A DNA stretch of 64,000 nt from positions 12,710,001-12,774,000 of the forward strand of contig OX597821.1 of the NCBI GenBank assembly GCA_951406725.2, read 5' to 3'. Below, in pieces: positions 1 to 12,943 of this stretch. Each line of letters starts with the position of its first letter. Position 1 is the stretch's first letter. This DNA comes from Octopus vulgaris. Lineage: Eukaryota. The notes under the pieces are model-generated. The model made no database searches and was not told the DNA's origin. It saw only the letters and a program-made list of their open reading frames with translations. Made by a program: the position numbers and the translations under genes.

Positions 1-2006
1 TGTTTTCACACGTGTGTACTTGTGTGTGTGTGTGTCTGGTTGTAAACGCGTGTACTTGCGTTAACATTTTGTAACTTAAATTTGCCTTACTCAAAGTCTC
101 ACCAACGTGCAAACGTATCTGATATTTCAAATATTGTCGAGTCATGTGCCGAAGAAGCAAACGGATTTAACATTGGTTTTATGGGGCACATCAGATGCAA
201 TAGATATGCGTTGATACATTTGCTTTCATGAGAAATATTCCACTGGAATTTAATTAAAGATTCAGCGTAAGTTATGACACGGTGCTATTACCTAATAACT
301 TGAAAATAGATAATACTGAACCCGTTGATTAGAGCAGTATGAAATCTAAATACCTTTAAATGATAAAACGTGCCTCTTTAATTTATGCTAATTCATAGAG
401 ACACAAATTCTGCAGTTCCATGCTAAAAGCAAAAAATATGGAATCTTGTTAAGGATGCTTCACGCTACATGAGCAACATTTTCTTTTCGTTATCAAGTCT
501 TTGGATACAACGTACCAAAGTAATGCGCGTTTGCTATCCCTTGGCCTAAAGAAATAGCTGTACGCAGCGAACATTCTATTGAAGATCTTTAGAGCGATTC
601 TTGTGTAATTCCTCGGAATAATATGATGTGAAGTGAGCATCGCCTTAGGAACTGCAGCGTTGAAATATCAGTCTCCTCATTTGGCAGTTGAATTTTTATG
701 CATGGTATAAGGATTATGTGTGTATGCACAGCATCAACTAGTGTTAATGTTTTGCCCATAAAAATGAGTCCACATTTTGTATGTTAATTAGTTACTAAAT
801 TTGAAAAGATGTAGAATTTGGTGATGTGTGATACGTTCCAAAACTCTCAGTGTTTTGGTGGTATATGTGAGAAACGAGGAAACTTTGTGGTGCGTGCTAA
901 CAAAGATACTCCGTTCTTAATATTTGTTATAAAATGCATTCAGTTCTAGACATTTGATCATTAATGGTTAGGATTAACTTAAGTTGAATTTTTTTTCCCC
1001 GACTGGCCGCTTATATTTCTACCATTGTTTTAACGATAACTGCGTTGCACGCTTTCTTCCTGTATTCTCACAAATATGGTCGCACGACTTTAAAACACAG
1101 GGAATAGCTACACTAACAAAATTGACAAGTTTCTCTCTCTTTTTCTTTCTTTCTTTCTTCCTATTTCTCTCTCTCTTCCTCTCTTGCTCTCTAAGGAGTT
1201 TGTGAATCGGTGATCAAACTGAGATATCAAAACATTTCGATATATTTGTTATTATTGATTAACTCATCCAACTTAAATTAGATCTGTTGTTAATAATGTC
1301 ATAGACTCAGTACCCGTCTTGCTGAGTGGGCCCACTGAGTGGTTGGTCAAGGGGATCAATTATGTGTGGTCTCAATTATGATCTATGCGTGAGGTGGCTT
1401 ACTCTCAATAAATAAATGCTATAGAACACCGTGGATTGATTTGCTTGGAAGCCTACAATGCTATTCGGACGGCCCTACATGGACAGCAGTAAATGCCAGA
1501 GAAAATGTCTTTTCGTACAGACGAACAATGCTGAAACTCATCGAAATTCTATTATAGATTGACGAAATACCGCAAGTACACCACGGGATGCCATTACCAC
1601 ATCACGTAACTTCGACTTAGCCTACTGCCACCGATGATCCGTGATACGGTAAAATAACCTTATACAGTAATACTCGCCTTCTATATACTGACAAAATTTT
1701 GTCAAATGAAAATACAGTTTCGATGGTTTTTAGCCTGTGTTTTATGCACGAACGAAAAGGCTTACAGCAATATAAGACCTTATAAACAACATATCTAAGT
1801 TAATCTAAATGTGGTAAATAATATTCGTTACAAAATCTGCTTCTGCGTCTAATAGCGTATTTGTTATTGTTATGTTATTTTATTTTCTAGTTACATTGCA
1901 TATCTAGTTACACTGAATATCTCTACGAACAGCGAAGTTCTAATACAAAATATCAAATGCTACCATATGCATTCCCATTCTGTTTGTACATATACACATA
2001 TGTATA

Positions 2007-2300
2007 GGTGCAGGAGTGGTTTAGCCTCGGGTCGACCAAAGATTTGGTAGACGGAAACTGAAAGAAGCCCGTCGTATATATGTATATATATGTGTGTCAG
2101 TGTTTGTCCCCCTAGCATTGCTTGACAACCGATGCTGGTGTGTTTATGTCCCCGTCACTTAGCGGTTCGGTAAAAGAGACTGATAGAATAAGTACTGGGA
2201 TTACAAAAAAGAATAAGTCCCGGGGTTGAGTTGCTCGATTAAAGGCGGTGCTCCAGCATGGCCGCAGTCAAATGACTGAAACAAGTAAAAGAGAAAGAGA
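2007..2300 (+). mobile_element. SINE family A (tRNA-like head, LINE-like tail), internally deleted copy; second copy of the 3' tail at ~2384-2430
   Basis: Matches 33735-34135 (gatttggtagacggaaactgaaagaagcccg ... ggcggtgctccagcatggccgcagtcaaatgactgaaacaagtaaaagag) but lacks most of the head. Confidence 0.85.
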
Positions 2301-2316
2301 AATATATAAACATATG

Positions 2317-2350
<34 letters not shown>

Positions 2351-3313
2351 GATGTATCTGTGTATGTATGTATATGTGTGTGTATGGCCGCAGTCAAAAT
2401 GACAGAAACAAGTAAAATAATAAAAGAATAAATGAATATATATATATAATCACTTGGCGTTTCATTAAATAATAAGTTGATGTGCATATAATAAATGCAC
2501 AAAGAAACAGAAAGCAGACACAGATGGACACCAAATCCTCAGTTATTGGCCAGAAAGGGAAGTGCAATTTCACGAAATTTCGTTTGACCCTCTGGCACAG
2601 AAGAACTGAATATTAAAGCAGTTATAAAACTATAAATAATAACGTGCTAAGTGCAGGCTCGGAAAATATAATTTAGATTTTTTTTTTTTAAATAAAGAAA
2701 ACGAATGTTATCTCAAGCCCTCATGTATATTACTTCATATATTTGTCTCCCCTCTATTTCTGATTTGATTCTTTCTGTGAAGAATTTGTGATAGGAGATA
2801 CGGTGCAGGTTTTCTACAACAGGTACAATCTTGTAACTCCTAACTGCTGATGAAAATGATGCAATAGTAAACAAATAATAGCAAACATTTTCTTATCTAC
2901 TCTTTTATTTTATTACTCCACCGAATTTTATTTGTAGTATTTTTGAGTTCCTTATGCATACCTCACACATATATGACGCCTAAGAGCGACATTGGAAAAC
3001 GGAAATAAACAAAAGTGCTTGAAAAGAACACTACTTGGTTTGAAAACATATCTACGTACGTGTGTATGTATGTATCTATCAATCTATCTATCTATCTACC
3101 TATCTATCTAGATATCTACCTATCCATCTGCCTGTCTATAATAATATGGGGTAAAATTAATTAATCAATTAATAATTAATATTTTTATCAAGAAGTCCGG
3201 TATGTTAAAATAACCATTATCGGTAACCTTGTTTTGTATGTATGTATGTCTGTATGTATGTATGTATATATGTATGTATGTATGTATCTATCTATCTATC
3301 TCTCTATCTCTCT

Positions 3314-3388
<75 letters not shown>

Positions 3389-3500
3389 GTATATATATAT
3401 ATGATATATATATATATATATACAGATAAAGGATGAAGTATAATTAATTTAATAAAATCAACAAATTTTACCAAGTAGTATTTCGGTATGGAAAAGGACC

Positions 3501-3588
3501 AATAGTAGCCAGAGGACTGCCATCTCCTTTTACTACAAAAAGAGACATTTTTGTAGTAAAAGGAGATGGCAGACCTCTGGCTGTTATT
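3501..3588. repeat. Near-perfect hairpin, ~41-bp arms, 6-nt loop
   Basis: agccagaggactgccatctccttttactacaaaaa-gagaca-tttttgtagtaaaaggagatggcagacctctggct, inside a (TA)n-flanked island 3421-3640. Confidence 0.9.
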
Positions 3589-3639
3589 TCTAATACTTTC
3601 GGTATGTGGTCTAGCAACTTGCTGCAAAGACACTCATTG

Positions 3640-3668
<29 letters not shown>

Positions 3669-3673
<5 letters not shown>

Positions 3674-3901
3674 CTTTACTACCCACAAGGGGCTAAACAC
3701 AGAGAGGACAAACAAGGACAGACAAAGGGATTAAGTCGATTACATCGACCCCAGTGCGTAACTGGTACTTAATTTATCGACCCCGAAAGGATGAAAGGCA
3801 AAGTCGACCTCGGCGGAATTTGAACTCAGAACGTAACGGCAGACGAAATACAGTTACGCATTTCTCCCGGCGTGCTAACGTTTCTGCCAGCTCGCCGCCT
3901 T
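3669..3901 (-). mobile_element. SINE family B, full length
   Basis: Reverse complement of aaggcggcgagctggcagaaacgttagc...gagttcaaattccgccgaggtcgactttgcctttcatcc...gtagtaaagaaata; near-identical to 14639, 53015 and 56343. Confidence 0.9.
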
Positions 3902-3909
3902 TATATATT

Positions 3910-3945
<36 letters not shown>

Positions 3946-4219
3946 CATGTGTGTGTGTGTGTGTGTGTGTGTGTTGTATTAGTGTGACTACGATATGACA
4001 TGACACATGTTTATATAGGTATATTATTCATAGTTTCTGATACCTCATAAACCTAATCATTTGATGACAGGGAAATAATTAATCATTAATGGATGGTGTT
4101 TTTTTTCTCTCTTTTTGTTATGTTTTCATTCAATATTCACTTATGTAGATTCTCTTTTATGTTCTTTTATTTACCTTTCTGACCAGCATAAGTACGTATA
4201 TAGGTTGACAAATATATAC

Positions 4220-4252
<33 letters not shown>

Positions 4253-4431
4253 TGTATGTATGTATGTATGTATGTATGTATGCATGTATGTATGTGTATT
4301 TTTCTGTGTACGCGGGTGTACGAATGTATATGTACATACATGTATATACATACTTAATGTGCACACACGCACACGCACATCTTTTATATGAATGTGTGTA
4401 TGTTTAAGTTACAGGTATACGATAAATTACA

Positions 4432-5318
4432 CGAGGTCTGATGAATAACTATCCAGACTATTACCATAGTAACGAAGCTAAAGTACGCAGAGTAACGCTG
4501 CTTGGAAAAGATTAACCTTGAGCTCCACTGCGCATGCACACTAAATATTGATGTTCTAGTTCACTTCCGCTGTTTACAGCAGTTCTTGGAATAAAGAAGT
4601 GTAGCGTGTGATCGTCGCATTGTCCATGAAAATGTCATGGCGATAAATGTTCAGCGGCCAAAACAAAGTTGCAGAAAGTGTATGGAGAGGAGTGTTTGAG
4701 GCGCACACAAGTGTACGATTGGTTCAGACGTTTCCAAGATGGCCGAAAAATGTCGATATTGACGAACGTTCTGAGAGACCCGCAACCAGCAGAATTGAGA
4801 AAAACATCTCAGAAGTGCGTGAAGCTTTGAGGAGAAATCGTTGAATCACCATCCATGAGTTATCGGAGGATGTACAGACTAGTTACGGTTCAGTTAAGTC
4901 CATTATATTTGATGTTTTGGGTATGAGACGCGTGTCTGTCGACTTTGCCCCAAAACAGCTTTCGGCTGGCCAAAACGACAGTCGGGTTTCAGTTGCACAA
5001 TATATTATTGATAGTGTGGAGAACAAGGAAAGCTTTTTGAAAACTTTGCGTAGATGTCTGAGTAGGTATCACCAAGCTGTTAGCAAAATTTGGTGCTGAT
5101 TCTCTGCTCAAATTACACTGTAATAGTCAATGAGGCGATCACACGTTACACACCTTCCTTCCAAGCACTGTTGTAAACAGCGGAAGTGAGCTAGAACGTC
5201 AAAACTTAATACGCATACACAGCAGTATTCACGGTCAATCTTTGCTAAGCAGCTTTACTTTCCGTGCTTTAGCTTCATTACTGCGGCAATAGTCTGGATA
5301 CTTATTGCTCAGACCACT
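4432..5318 (+). mobile_element. Mariner deletion derivative with long (~160 bp) imperfect terminal inverted repeats
   Basis: cgaggtctgatgaataactatccagact...cacttccgctgtttacagcag mirrored by ctgttgtaaacagcggaagtg...agtctggatacttattgctcagacc; internal HTH remnants VYDWFRRFQDG / DERSERPATS / LGMRRVSVDFAPKQLS. Confidence 0.85.
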
Positions 5319-5450
5319 ATTTCATTGTTCCTGTTAAAAATTTAGCAAATAGCCAAAATATTCTCATCTATTTTATTTTTATTTCGATGGAAAAAAATAT
5401 ATGGGCATGCATATATAATTGCTTTGCTTCTTACTTCTCCATGAATGGAT

Positions 5451-5630
5451 GGAAGCACTCCGTCGGTTACGACGACGAGGGTTCCGGTTGATCTGATCAA
5501 CGGAACAGCCTGCTCGTGAAGCTTTAGGTGTTTTCGCTCAATAAACACTAACATCGCCCGGTCTGGGAATCGAAACCACGAACCTATGACCGCGAGTCCG
5601 CTGCCCTAACCACATGGCCATTGCGCCTCC
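5451..5630 (-). mobile_element. SINE family D (tail 1), internally deleted, 11-bp TSD
   Basis: Head and tail match 50271-50653; ~200 bp missing at ctcgtg microhomology; TSD tctccatgaat at 5436-5446 and 5631-5641. Confidence 0.85.
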
Positions 5631-6496
5631 TCTCCATGAATATGAGAACAGTCGAAACCAAAAACTGAAGTAATGATCTTCACAACCTAGACGCGCTCAT
5701 TCTCACTAGATATTCTGTTGGTGGTTTCTTTCAGTATATTTAGCAGCGTCTGAAAGCATGGCTTCAGGGCGAACCTGTGAAGGTAGATTCAGTATTAGAA
5801 CCACTTAGACAATCACACTAGTTACAGAGATCACCAGAGTGAATTTACCTGAGCAGCAGTATAAGTCTATTTATAAATATTTATTAATAGCTTATGAGCA
5901 ATCAGCTACAGAAACTACATTATGATACATATTTTGACTTTTAGATCGAATAACTGTAATAGCGATCGTGGCAACGATGCTACGTCAAGTCAGTTTACTT
6001 CGCAACACAGACTTTCGTTCTGTTAATACAGATATAACATTGCAACATTCGGTAAATTATATTCGTATTTATTTTGTATTTTGTGTAGGTATTACCCTTT
6101 ATCATCTACTGTGGATGTCTTGATAGAATAGACTGAACTAGTTTACTAGATATAATCAAAGAGTACGTTGTGGACATGATTGATAGTTTCTCAGAATGTT
6201 GACATAACTTATCTATGGAATTATTTTGCTATTTACAAGGCAGCTCTCAAGTACCAGTCGAAATCAAAAGCAAAATGCAGTATATATATATATATTTAAA
6301 TAAAAAGGGTGAAAAATTGAATATTAATTTGATTAATATCAATTTAAAACCAGTGGCCTAGCATTTTGAAAAGTCTGAAGATTCAGAAAAGTTATATTAC
6401 ATATATATATATATATATCAGAGGGATGTCCACTATGTGGACACCCATCATGCTAGATGTAGACCCCATATGGTCTCACCACTAAGAAAAGATTGT

Positions 6497-6584
6497 TCTC
6501 AAGAAAATTCAGCAAACGCCAGAACGTAAGCGACAAATTTGTCTTGCTCGCTTACGTTCTGGCGTTTGCTGAATTTTCTTGAGA
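6497..6584. repeat. Perfect 37-bp inverted repeat with 14-nt spacer
   Basis: tctcaagaaaattcagcaaacgccagaacgtaagcga / tcgcttacgttctggcgtttgctgaattttcttgaga. Confidence 0.95.
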
Positions 6585-6774
6585 TCAGATCCAAAGAACC
6601 CAATATTTGTCTTTTAATTAAATTTTGTTCAAACTACCAGTATTTCTTTGCTACATTATATATGCTATCAGGTGAATGAAGATTTACTGCTCCTCACAAG
6701 TTTTAATACAAAACTACAGAATACAGAATATATCATAAATTTTAAAAATTACAAAAATACAGAATTACAGCTCT

Positions 6775-8449
6775 TTAGCAGTGAATGCAGACAACATTGG
6801 AATGTTCTTGGTAAACCTTGATATTACAAATCTTACATGTAGTACGTGTTTTCCTATCTTTTTTTTTTTTTTGGTGGGGAGTCACACAAAGAACATCTTT
6901 TTTCTTTGGTTGAGGAATCTCAAATGAGGTTGAAGATCATCTTTACTTGTTTATTTGAGAAATGTTAACGGAACTAGAAAAGTGATTGTTATGTTCTTGT
7001 TTAGTTCCTTTCCTAACTAAATCAGGCACTGTCTTCTTTTATCCTTGAAATTTTGCAAGTGAAGCTGTTTAGCAACAATGGAAGCATTCACTGCACGTAT
7101 ATAAATCATGTTGTAGAATATAACCATAGGCCATCTTTGAGTCATTCTTTTGCAAGTGAATGTCCTTACCTTCATATGTTTTGTTGTAACATGTATTAAC
7201 TTCAGGTTTCTTTTCAGCACTTTTTGAATCAATTGAAGGCTGAGAGTGCATTGTACTCATGAGTGTGACTACAAAATTTTTCTTGGGACAATAAGATAGG
7301 ATCATAGAATCCTTTTGAAATCCAAATATTGTGCTGTTGGTTTCTCTTTCTTTTCTATTTTTAAAAGCACTTGGAAGTTCAACTTTGTGCTTTTTAATTC
7401 TTCCATCTGAAGTAGTTTTCTTGCTTAGCAGCTTTCTAGCAAATCCTAGACATGTTAAAACAATTATCACAAGTTATATTGTGACCAGTATTTTCAAGTT
7501 CTTTTACTAGGTCTTAAACAACTCTGGATCCTTGATTTCTCTCTCTTTCTCTCTTTTACTGGGTCTTTTCTAGTGTAGATTTGCATTTTCCAGGCGAAAG
7601 ATGTTTCACTGTCGCATATTGCCCAAATTTAATTCTATATTTCTCTGGTTTTGAAGGAATATATACCCAGAATGGGCAGCGTCCTCTGAATGAAACTAAT
7701 TGTTCCTCAACTGTCATTCATGAACTTGGAAATATCCATCTTGCTAATTCTGAGTCCATATTTCAAATACTTCTCTTAAGGGCTCCAATTTATCATCACT
7801 TCTCTTTTTTCTTCTCGCACTAGCATCATCAAATCGCAATACCTCTAAAATCTGTTGAAACTTGCCCCGGCCCATAATTTTGTTCAATACTGGGCGACCA
7901 CCTTTTTGACTCTATAACTGTGTGGCATTTTCATGTTTAGATCCATAAACATCTATAAGAATAATCATTCCAATAAATTTCTTTAGTTCAGATTGATCAA
8001 TGTCCTTCCATTTATCTTTGTAAACAATCTGATCTTCAATATTTGTCCATTTACGAATTACTTCAAGAAGAATCTGGCGCATAAAGATAGTAAAACATAT
8101 TTCATGGCTATCGCAAGACCTTTTGTTAAAGCAAGATGGTCCACATTCTTCGCGCACAATATTGCAAGATGAAGTTCTTACTGCTGCTTGGGTAAGAGGA
8201 ATAGAATGCCAAATTTCTACTCTGTCTCTAGAAATATATTGCTCATTCATATTGGGTAGCTTGCAGATAATTGTTTTTGTGTATCTTCATCATCTGATGA
8301 CAGAGACCTAAACTGTCCAGCACACAATCGCTTTCACCATCATCTTCAGAGCAATAGAAGCAATCACTACCATCTTCTTCCCATTCGTCATTTAATTCTA
8401 ATCGCCTTTTTGGTTTATGGTCTTCACTCAACTTTTCACGTCTAGGCAT
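6775..8449 (-). pseudogene. Decayed piggyBac transposase (DDE_Tnp_1_7 type), frameshifted
   Basis: Acidic N-terminus; WKDIDQSELKKFIGMIIL; MTVEEQLVSFRGRCPFWVYIPSKPEKYRIKF; STIFGFQKDSMILSYCPKKNFVVTLMSTMH..KKPEVNTCYNKT; C-terminal Cys-rich RCSLC..KTRTTCKIC..EHSNVVCIHC-stop. Confidence 0.9.
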
Positions 8450-9081
8450 ATTGGAAAGCACAACTGAACTATATGAAACTTGATAGCAGATATTGCAGAT
8501 ATTGCAGATATTGCTCTCTCACACATATATACTCTCCTGTAAGACGGTGCGATATATTGCAAGACTTACGTCATCATATAGAAATATTGAATCACCCTGT
8601 AACCTAGCAGATTGAAAGTGATGTAATACCACACAATTTTACAAGAATATTTTCTTAATTTTTCCTGTTTTATCTAAACTTCAGCAAATAAATTGAATAC
8701 AATGTTATCTATTTTGTATCTGATAAATATCTAGGAAAATAATATTTGATACTGCTTTGAAACTGCGTTTAGAATGACAGGAGTAGTGTCTGAATTTAAT
8801 TCGAGTGTCCAATGGACCTAGACTGCAATTAATGTATAAAGTGAAATTTTCTAGCTTTTATTAACATACGGAAAATTTCCCATTTCACAAATAAAAGAGT
8901 CAAGGAAAAACAAGTCACGAGATCAGCAGAATCCAATAATATGAACAGTGGGAAAAAGCAACTGGAAAAACCGAAATATGTCATTGGACACATTGGTAGA
9001 CAGAAGGTTTATACCGACAGTTAATATATATTCTCACTTAACCGTGGACATTCTGTTAGAAACAACCTTTATTGCGTTAGA

Positions 9082-9652
9082 TATGAGGTAGTATCAAAAT
9101 GTTCCCGGACTAGTTCTGTAGCCCGCCAACAGGTGGTAACACCCCTTTTGCGTTAAACTTCCGTAGTCTGCTACATATATTGAGCATTCTTCAGCAAGCT
9201 TACGACAACGAGGCAATGGGTCGTACGCGTTGTTTCGAGTGGCTCAGGCACTTCAAAGACGATGAGTGGTCTGGAAGACCTACCACGAGCTTCATCCCTG
9301 GAATTGTTGTATTGTACATCGAGAATTCGCTCCCCGGGACCAGACCGCCAATCGAGATTTCTTTTTCGATGTTTTGAAGCTTTTTATGGAGGACATTAGA
9401 CGACAAAGTTCCTCACTCGTTAGTTTCTTGCCAAAAATAACAGCGTTGTCTAGATCCAGAACGGATGGCAGTAGTTCCTCGACTGGCTTATGGAAAATTA
9501 CTTCCAGGTCGGATTCCAAAAGTGACAGGAACACTGGAACCGGTCTATCGCTGCTCAAGGTGCCTATTTCGAAGGCGATGATAATAAAACTTAGGTAAAT
9601 AATGTATATTTTATTAAACACTAGCCTGGAAACCTTTCGATACTATCTCGTA
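9082..9652 (+). mobile_element. Mariner deletion derivative, TA target duplication
   Basis: TIRs tatgaggtagtatcaaaatgttcccggacta / tagcctggaaacctttcgatactatctcgta; LSILQQAYDNEAMGRTRCFEWLRHFK; same family as 52326-53444. Confidence 0.85.
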
Positions 9653-9805
9653 CCATGAAAGAAACTTCATATTGGGTTTTGGTGCAGAATACACGCTTGT
9701 TTGTATCGTAAACACTAGCCTGGGAACCTTTCGATACTATCTCGTACCATGAGAGAAACTTCATATTGGGTTTTGATGCAGAATACACGCTTGTTTGTAT
9801 CGTAA
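9616..9805 (+). repeat. ~95-bp tandem duplication spanning the mariner right TIR and its flank
   Basis: aacactagcctgg..tactatctcgtaccatga..ttgtttgtatcgtaa occurs twice with few differences. Confidence 0.9.
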
Positions 9806-10187
9806 GCGTGGGGATAAATCCTCACCAATTCAATCGCGGAGACCACCAAATCACGTTATTTCAACCTTCTTTGGTCTCATTTGTAATGGGCGCTCGTCCG
9901 CTACAGATAGAAGATACTCATCTATCCGCTAACTATATATAGAAAAGTAGTGCTTGAACAGACATTGATGTCGTGATTAGCCAATGAGCTTGTTAAGATA
10001 TATATAGTAGTGACAGTAGCAATACTAAGACCGTGAAGTAATATTTATTCCCCCTTAAACATGGATGTTCTGTTTGAACAAACTTTACTGCGGTAGATGC
10101 CATGAGATAAACTCTCGTGTCGGCTTTTTGGTGCAGAATTCACGCTTGTGGAAATCAATGTTACCTCTCGGTATTAATAAGGCTTCT

Positions 10188-10189
<2 letters not shown>

Positions 10190-10266
<77 letters not shown>

Positions 10267-10398
10267 CTTAACAACTGACCAATCACCTATTCTGCACCAA
10301 AACCTACTTGTGTGTTTTGAGGTTTACTGCAATAGATACCATAAAAGAAACACACAAGTAGGTTTTGGTGCAGAACAGGTGATTGGTCAGTTGTTAAG

Positions 10399-10482
<84 letters not shown>

Positions 10483-10566
10483 ATATCTTAACAACTGACC
10501 AATCACCTGTTCTACACACAAGTAGGTTTGGTGCAGAACAGGTGATTGGTCAGTTGTTAAGATATA

Positions 10567-10621
<55 letters not shown>

Positions 10622-10745
10622 ATATCTTAACAACTGACCAATCACCTGTTCTGCACCAAAACCTACCTGTGTGTTTCTTTTATGGTATATATTGCAGTAA
10701 AGCTTCTTCCAACAGAACAGCCACGGTCAAGTGGGAATAAATAAT
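10190..10745. repeat. Fold-back array: five alternating-orientation arms separated by (TA)n tracts or short spacers
   Basis: tcttaacaactgaccaatcacct.. forward at ~10266, 10486 and 10625; reverse complement ending at ~10399 and 10562. Confidence 0.9.
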
Positions 10746-11641
10746 GCAGTATATGCATGATATTCATGTTATTCCAAAATAATTGACGAATATCGTAAAA
10801 TAATTCCATCAATTTTCTTTAGACGATTCATAAGAGCGGCGGTTATTTAGCCTTCTGAGCTCCAGATGAACCAAAGAATTGTCCTGAATGAGTTAATTGA
10901 GTATTCCTACAGGAAACATTATAAATAGCAGCGATTTTTTCCGTTTCTAAACAGAAACGTAGTTTGAGACACGTACTGAACAATGTTTTTTGAGTTCTGA
11001 GTCCAAATACTGACCAATAATGTATGTTCGGCAGCCTGTATACTTCATAAATATTTAAAATTGTTGATTCGATATGGTTTTGCTGCTTGTGTATTTATCA
11101 CTGATTTTGCTCACTACATCATATGATAAACACAGGTCAGTATGTCAAATTTGGAAAGGCATTATCACATTATTCATTTTCACTAAAATACACAATTTGT
11201 TTTTGGACTAAGACAATATTTTATTTCTGTAAATGCATTGATGTATGCGTGTATGTACGTGTACGTTTTTGTTTTTGTTTTTGTTTGCTTATTAGTGTGT
11301 GAGTGTGTGTGTATGCCTGTACGTGTGCGTATGTGTGTGTTTGTGGCTGTGTGTGCCTGCGTTTCCTCACGTATATGTGGGGATAGATGTGTGCGAGGTG
11401 TGTAACTACGCCAATCGTGATGTTTCTCTTATAAATATTAAAGTAACATTATATACAGTTTGGTAAAAAGCAAATCTTTCCCCCACTAATTCCAGACTAT
11501 ATTAGATACTCTAGAAAGGGAATTGGTTAGGACAGAAACAACTATACCTGCAGATTACATCTTCCACTGCGTTGATTTCTAGTAAAGCTGCAAAATTTAT
11601 GGCCCACAAGATATTCCTTTATTTTTCTGTATTTCACGAAA

Positions 11642-12034
11642 TCTTTATATATAAAAGTGAAGCTGTGTGTCTGTCTTTACGATTTAGATTCCTAACTACT
11701 CCCACATTTTGCGGTGCAGTGTAACCAAAAGCGGGTATCTTATAGACGTGATTTATATCGAGCCCTTTTGTGTATTAGGACGCGTCTACGATGAGTCTAC
11801 GATTTAAAAAAAAAATTAGCATCATTTTTTCCCATTTTTAATGCATTTTTGCTATTATATAAGGGAAGTAACTCTCTAAAAATGTATTATTAAATCTCAG
11901 AACGTAAAAAGCTACAGTAACCCCCCCCCTTTGTGGTTAGCCATATTGAGATGGCTATTATACTTTACATCTCTAAAAATGCTTATATAGCTATTTCCCT
12001 TACAAACCCGAGCAACGCCGGGCGATACTGCTAG
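11642..12034 (+). mobile_element. Non-autonomous Helitron (393 bp)
   Basis: A|TCtttatatataaaa 5' end, subterminal hairpin cccgagcaacgccggg (12007-12022), 3' CTAG|T, no TSD. Confidence 0.85.
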
Positions 12035-12372
12035 TAGTTTTATAAATTTATTCATTTCACCAATGGATATACGCATAGAGGATTTTTATGCCAATTTTAA
12101 CACATGATATTATGCTTTGTATGAGCTTCATGATTGGAGCAGAAAGGAAATATGGACCACATTTTATGAAAACCACTGAAACATTAATTATCTATTGAAA
12201 ATGTATGAGTATGTATTCTTAATTATGTGACTTCAAATGATATCGCAGGTTCGAATGGGAATCGCAATATCGCATCATTTAGTTTTATAGAGAGACAATT
12301 CATTGTGAAAGATATTCCTTCATACACACAAAAACGTTCACATATATATTTACAAACACATATATGTATGTA

Positions 12373-12421
<49 letters not shown>

Positions 12422-12423
12422 CA

Positions 12424-12495
<72 letters not shown>

Positions 12496-12849
12496 AGAAA
12501 GAAAGATAGATAGATAGATGTGTGTTTGTGGAGACGGTGCGTATCTGTGCAGAAATCTACTCAAGACATCACAGTGTTATAATTTATAGTTTTAATTTTC
12601 AGTTAACTTATATTTCTAGTCGAAGTAATAATGAAATTGATTTTCGGTCCAACGAAAAATACTTATTTATCGATAAATTATTTATTTCAAATCAGTCTGT
12701 TGATTACTTTTGCAAGCAATATTTTTAAAGTGTAAATTAAAACTATATATTATTAATGGAAAACACTTCCTAAATGAACTCATACATTCATACCTACGTC
12801 GCTACTTATATTTGTATGCACACACAAGTATTCACAAACACATAAACAC

Positions 12850-12930
<81 letters not shown>

Positions 12931-12943
12931 CTTGTTGTGATAA

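Larger units (their letters stand above)
9010..10180. mobile_element. Unclassified repeat family E (also 10620-10745 and 38095-38970), interrupted by a mariner
   Basis: Shared unit taataccgagaggtaacatttattccc..gtggatgttccgttagaacaaactttactgcggtagataccatga..ttttggtgcagaatgcacgcttg, with inverted end motif gttacctctcggtatta at ~10160-10176. Confidence 0.65.

Noticed and set aside
10262-10700. CRISPR-like repeat-spacer array
   Set aside because: Eukaryotic context, repeats alternate in orientation, spacers are (TA)n, and there are no cas genes.
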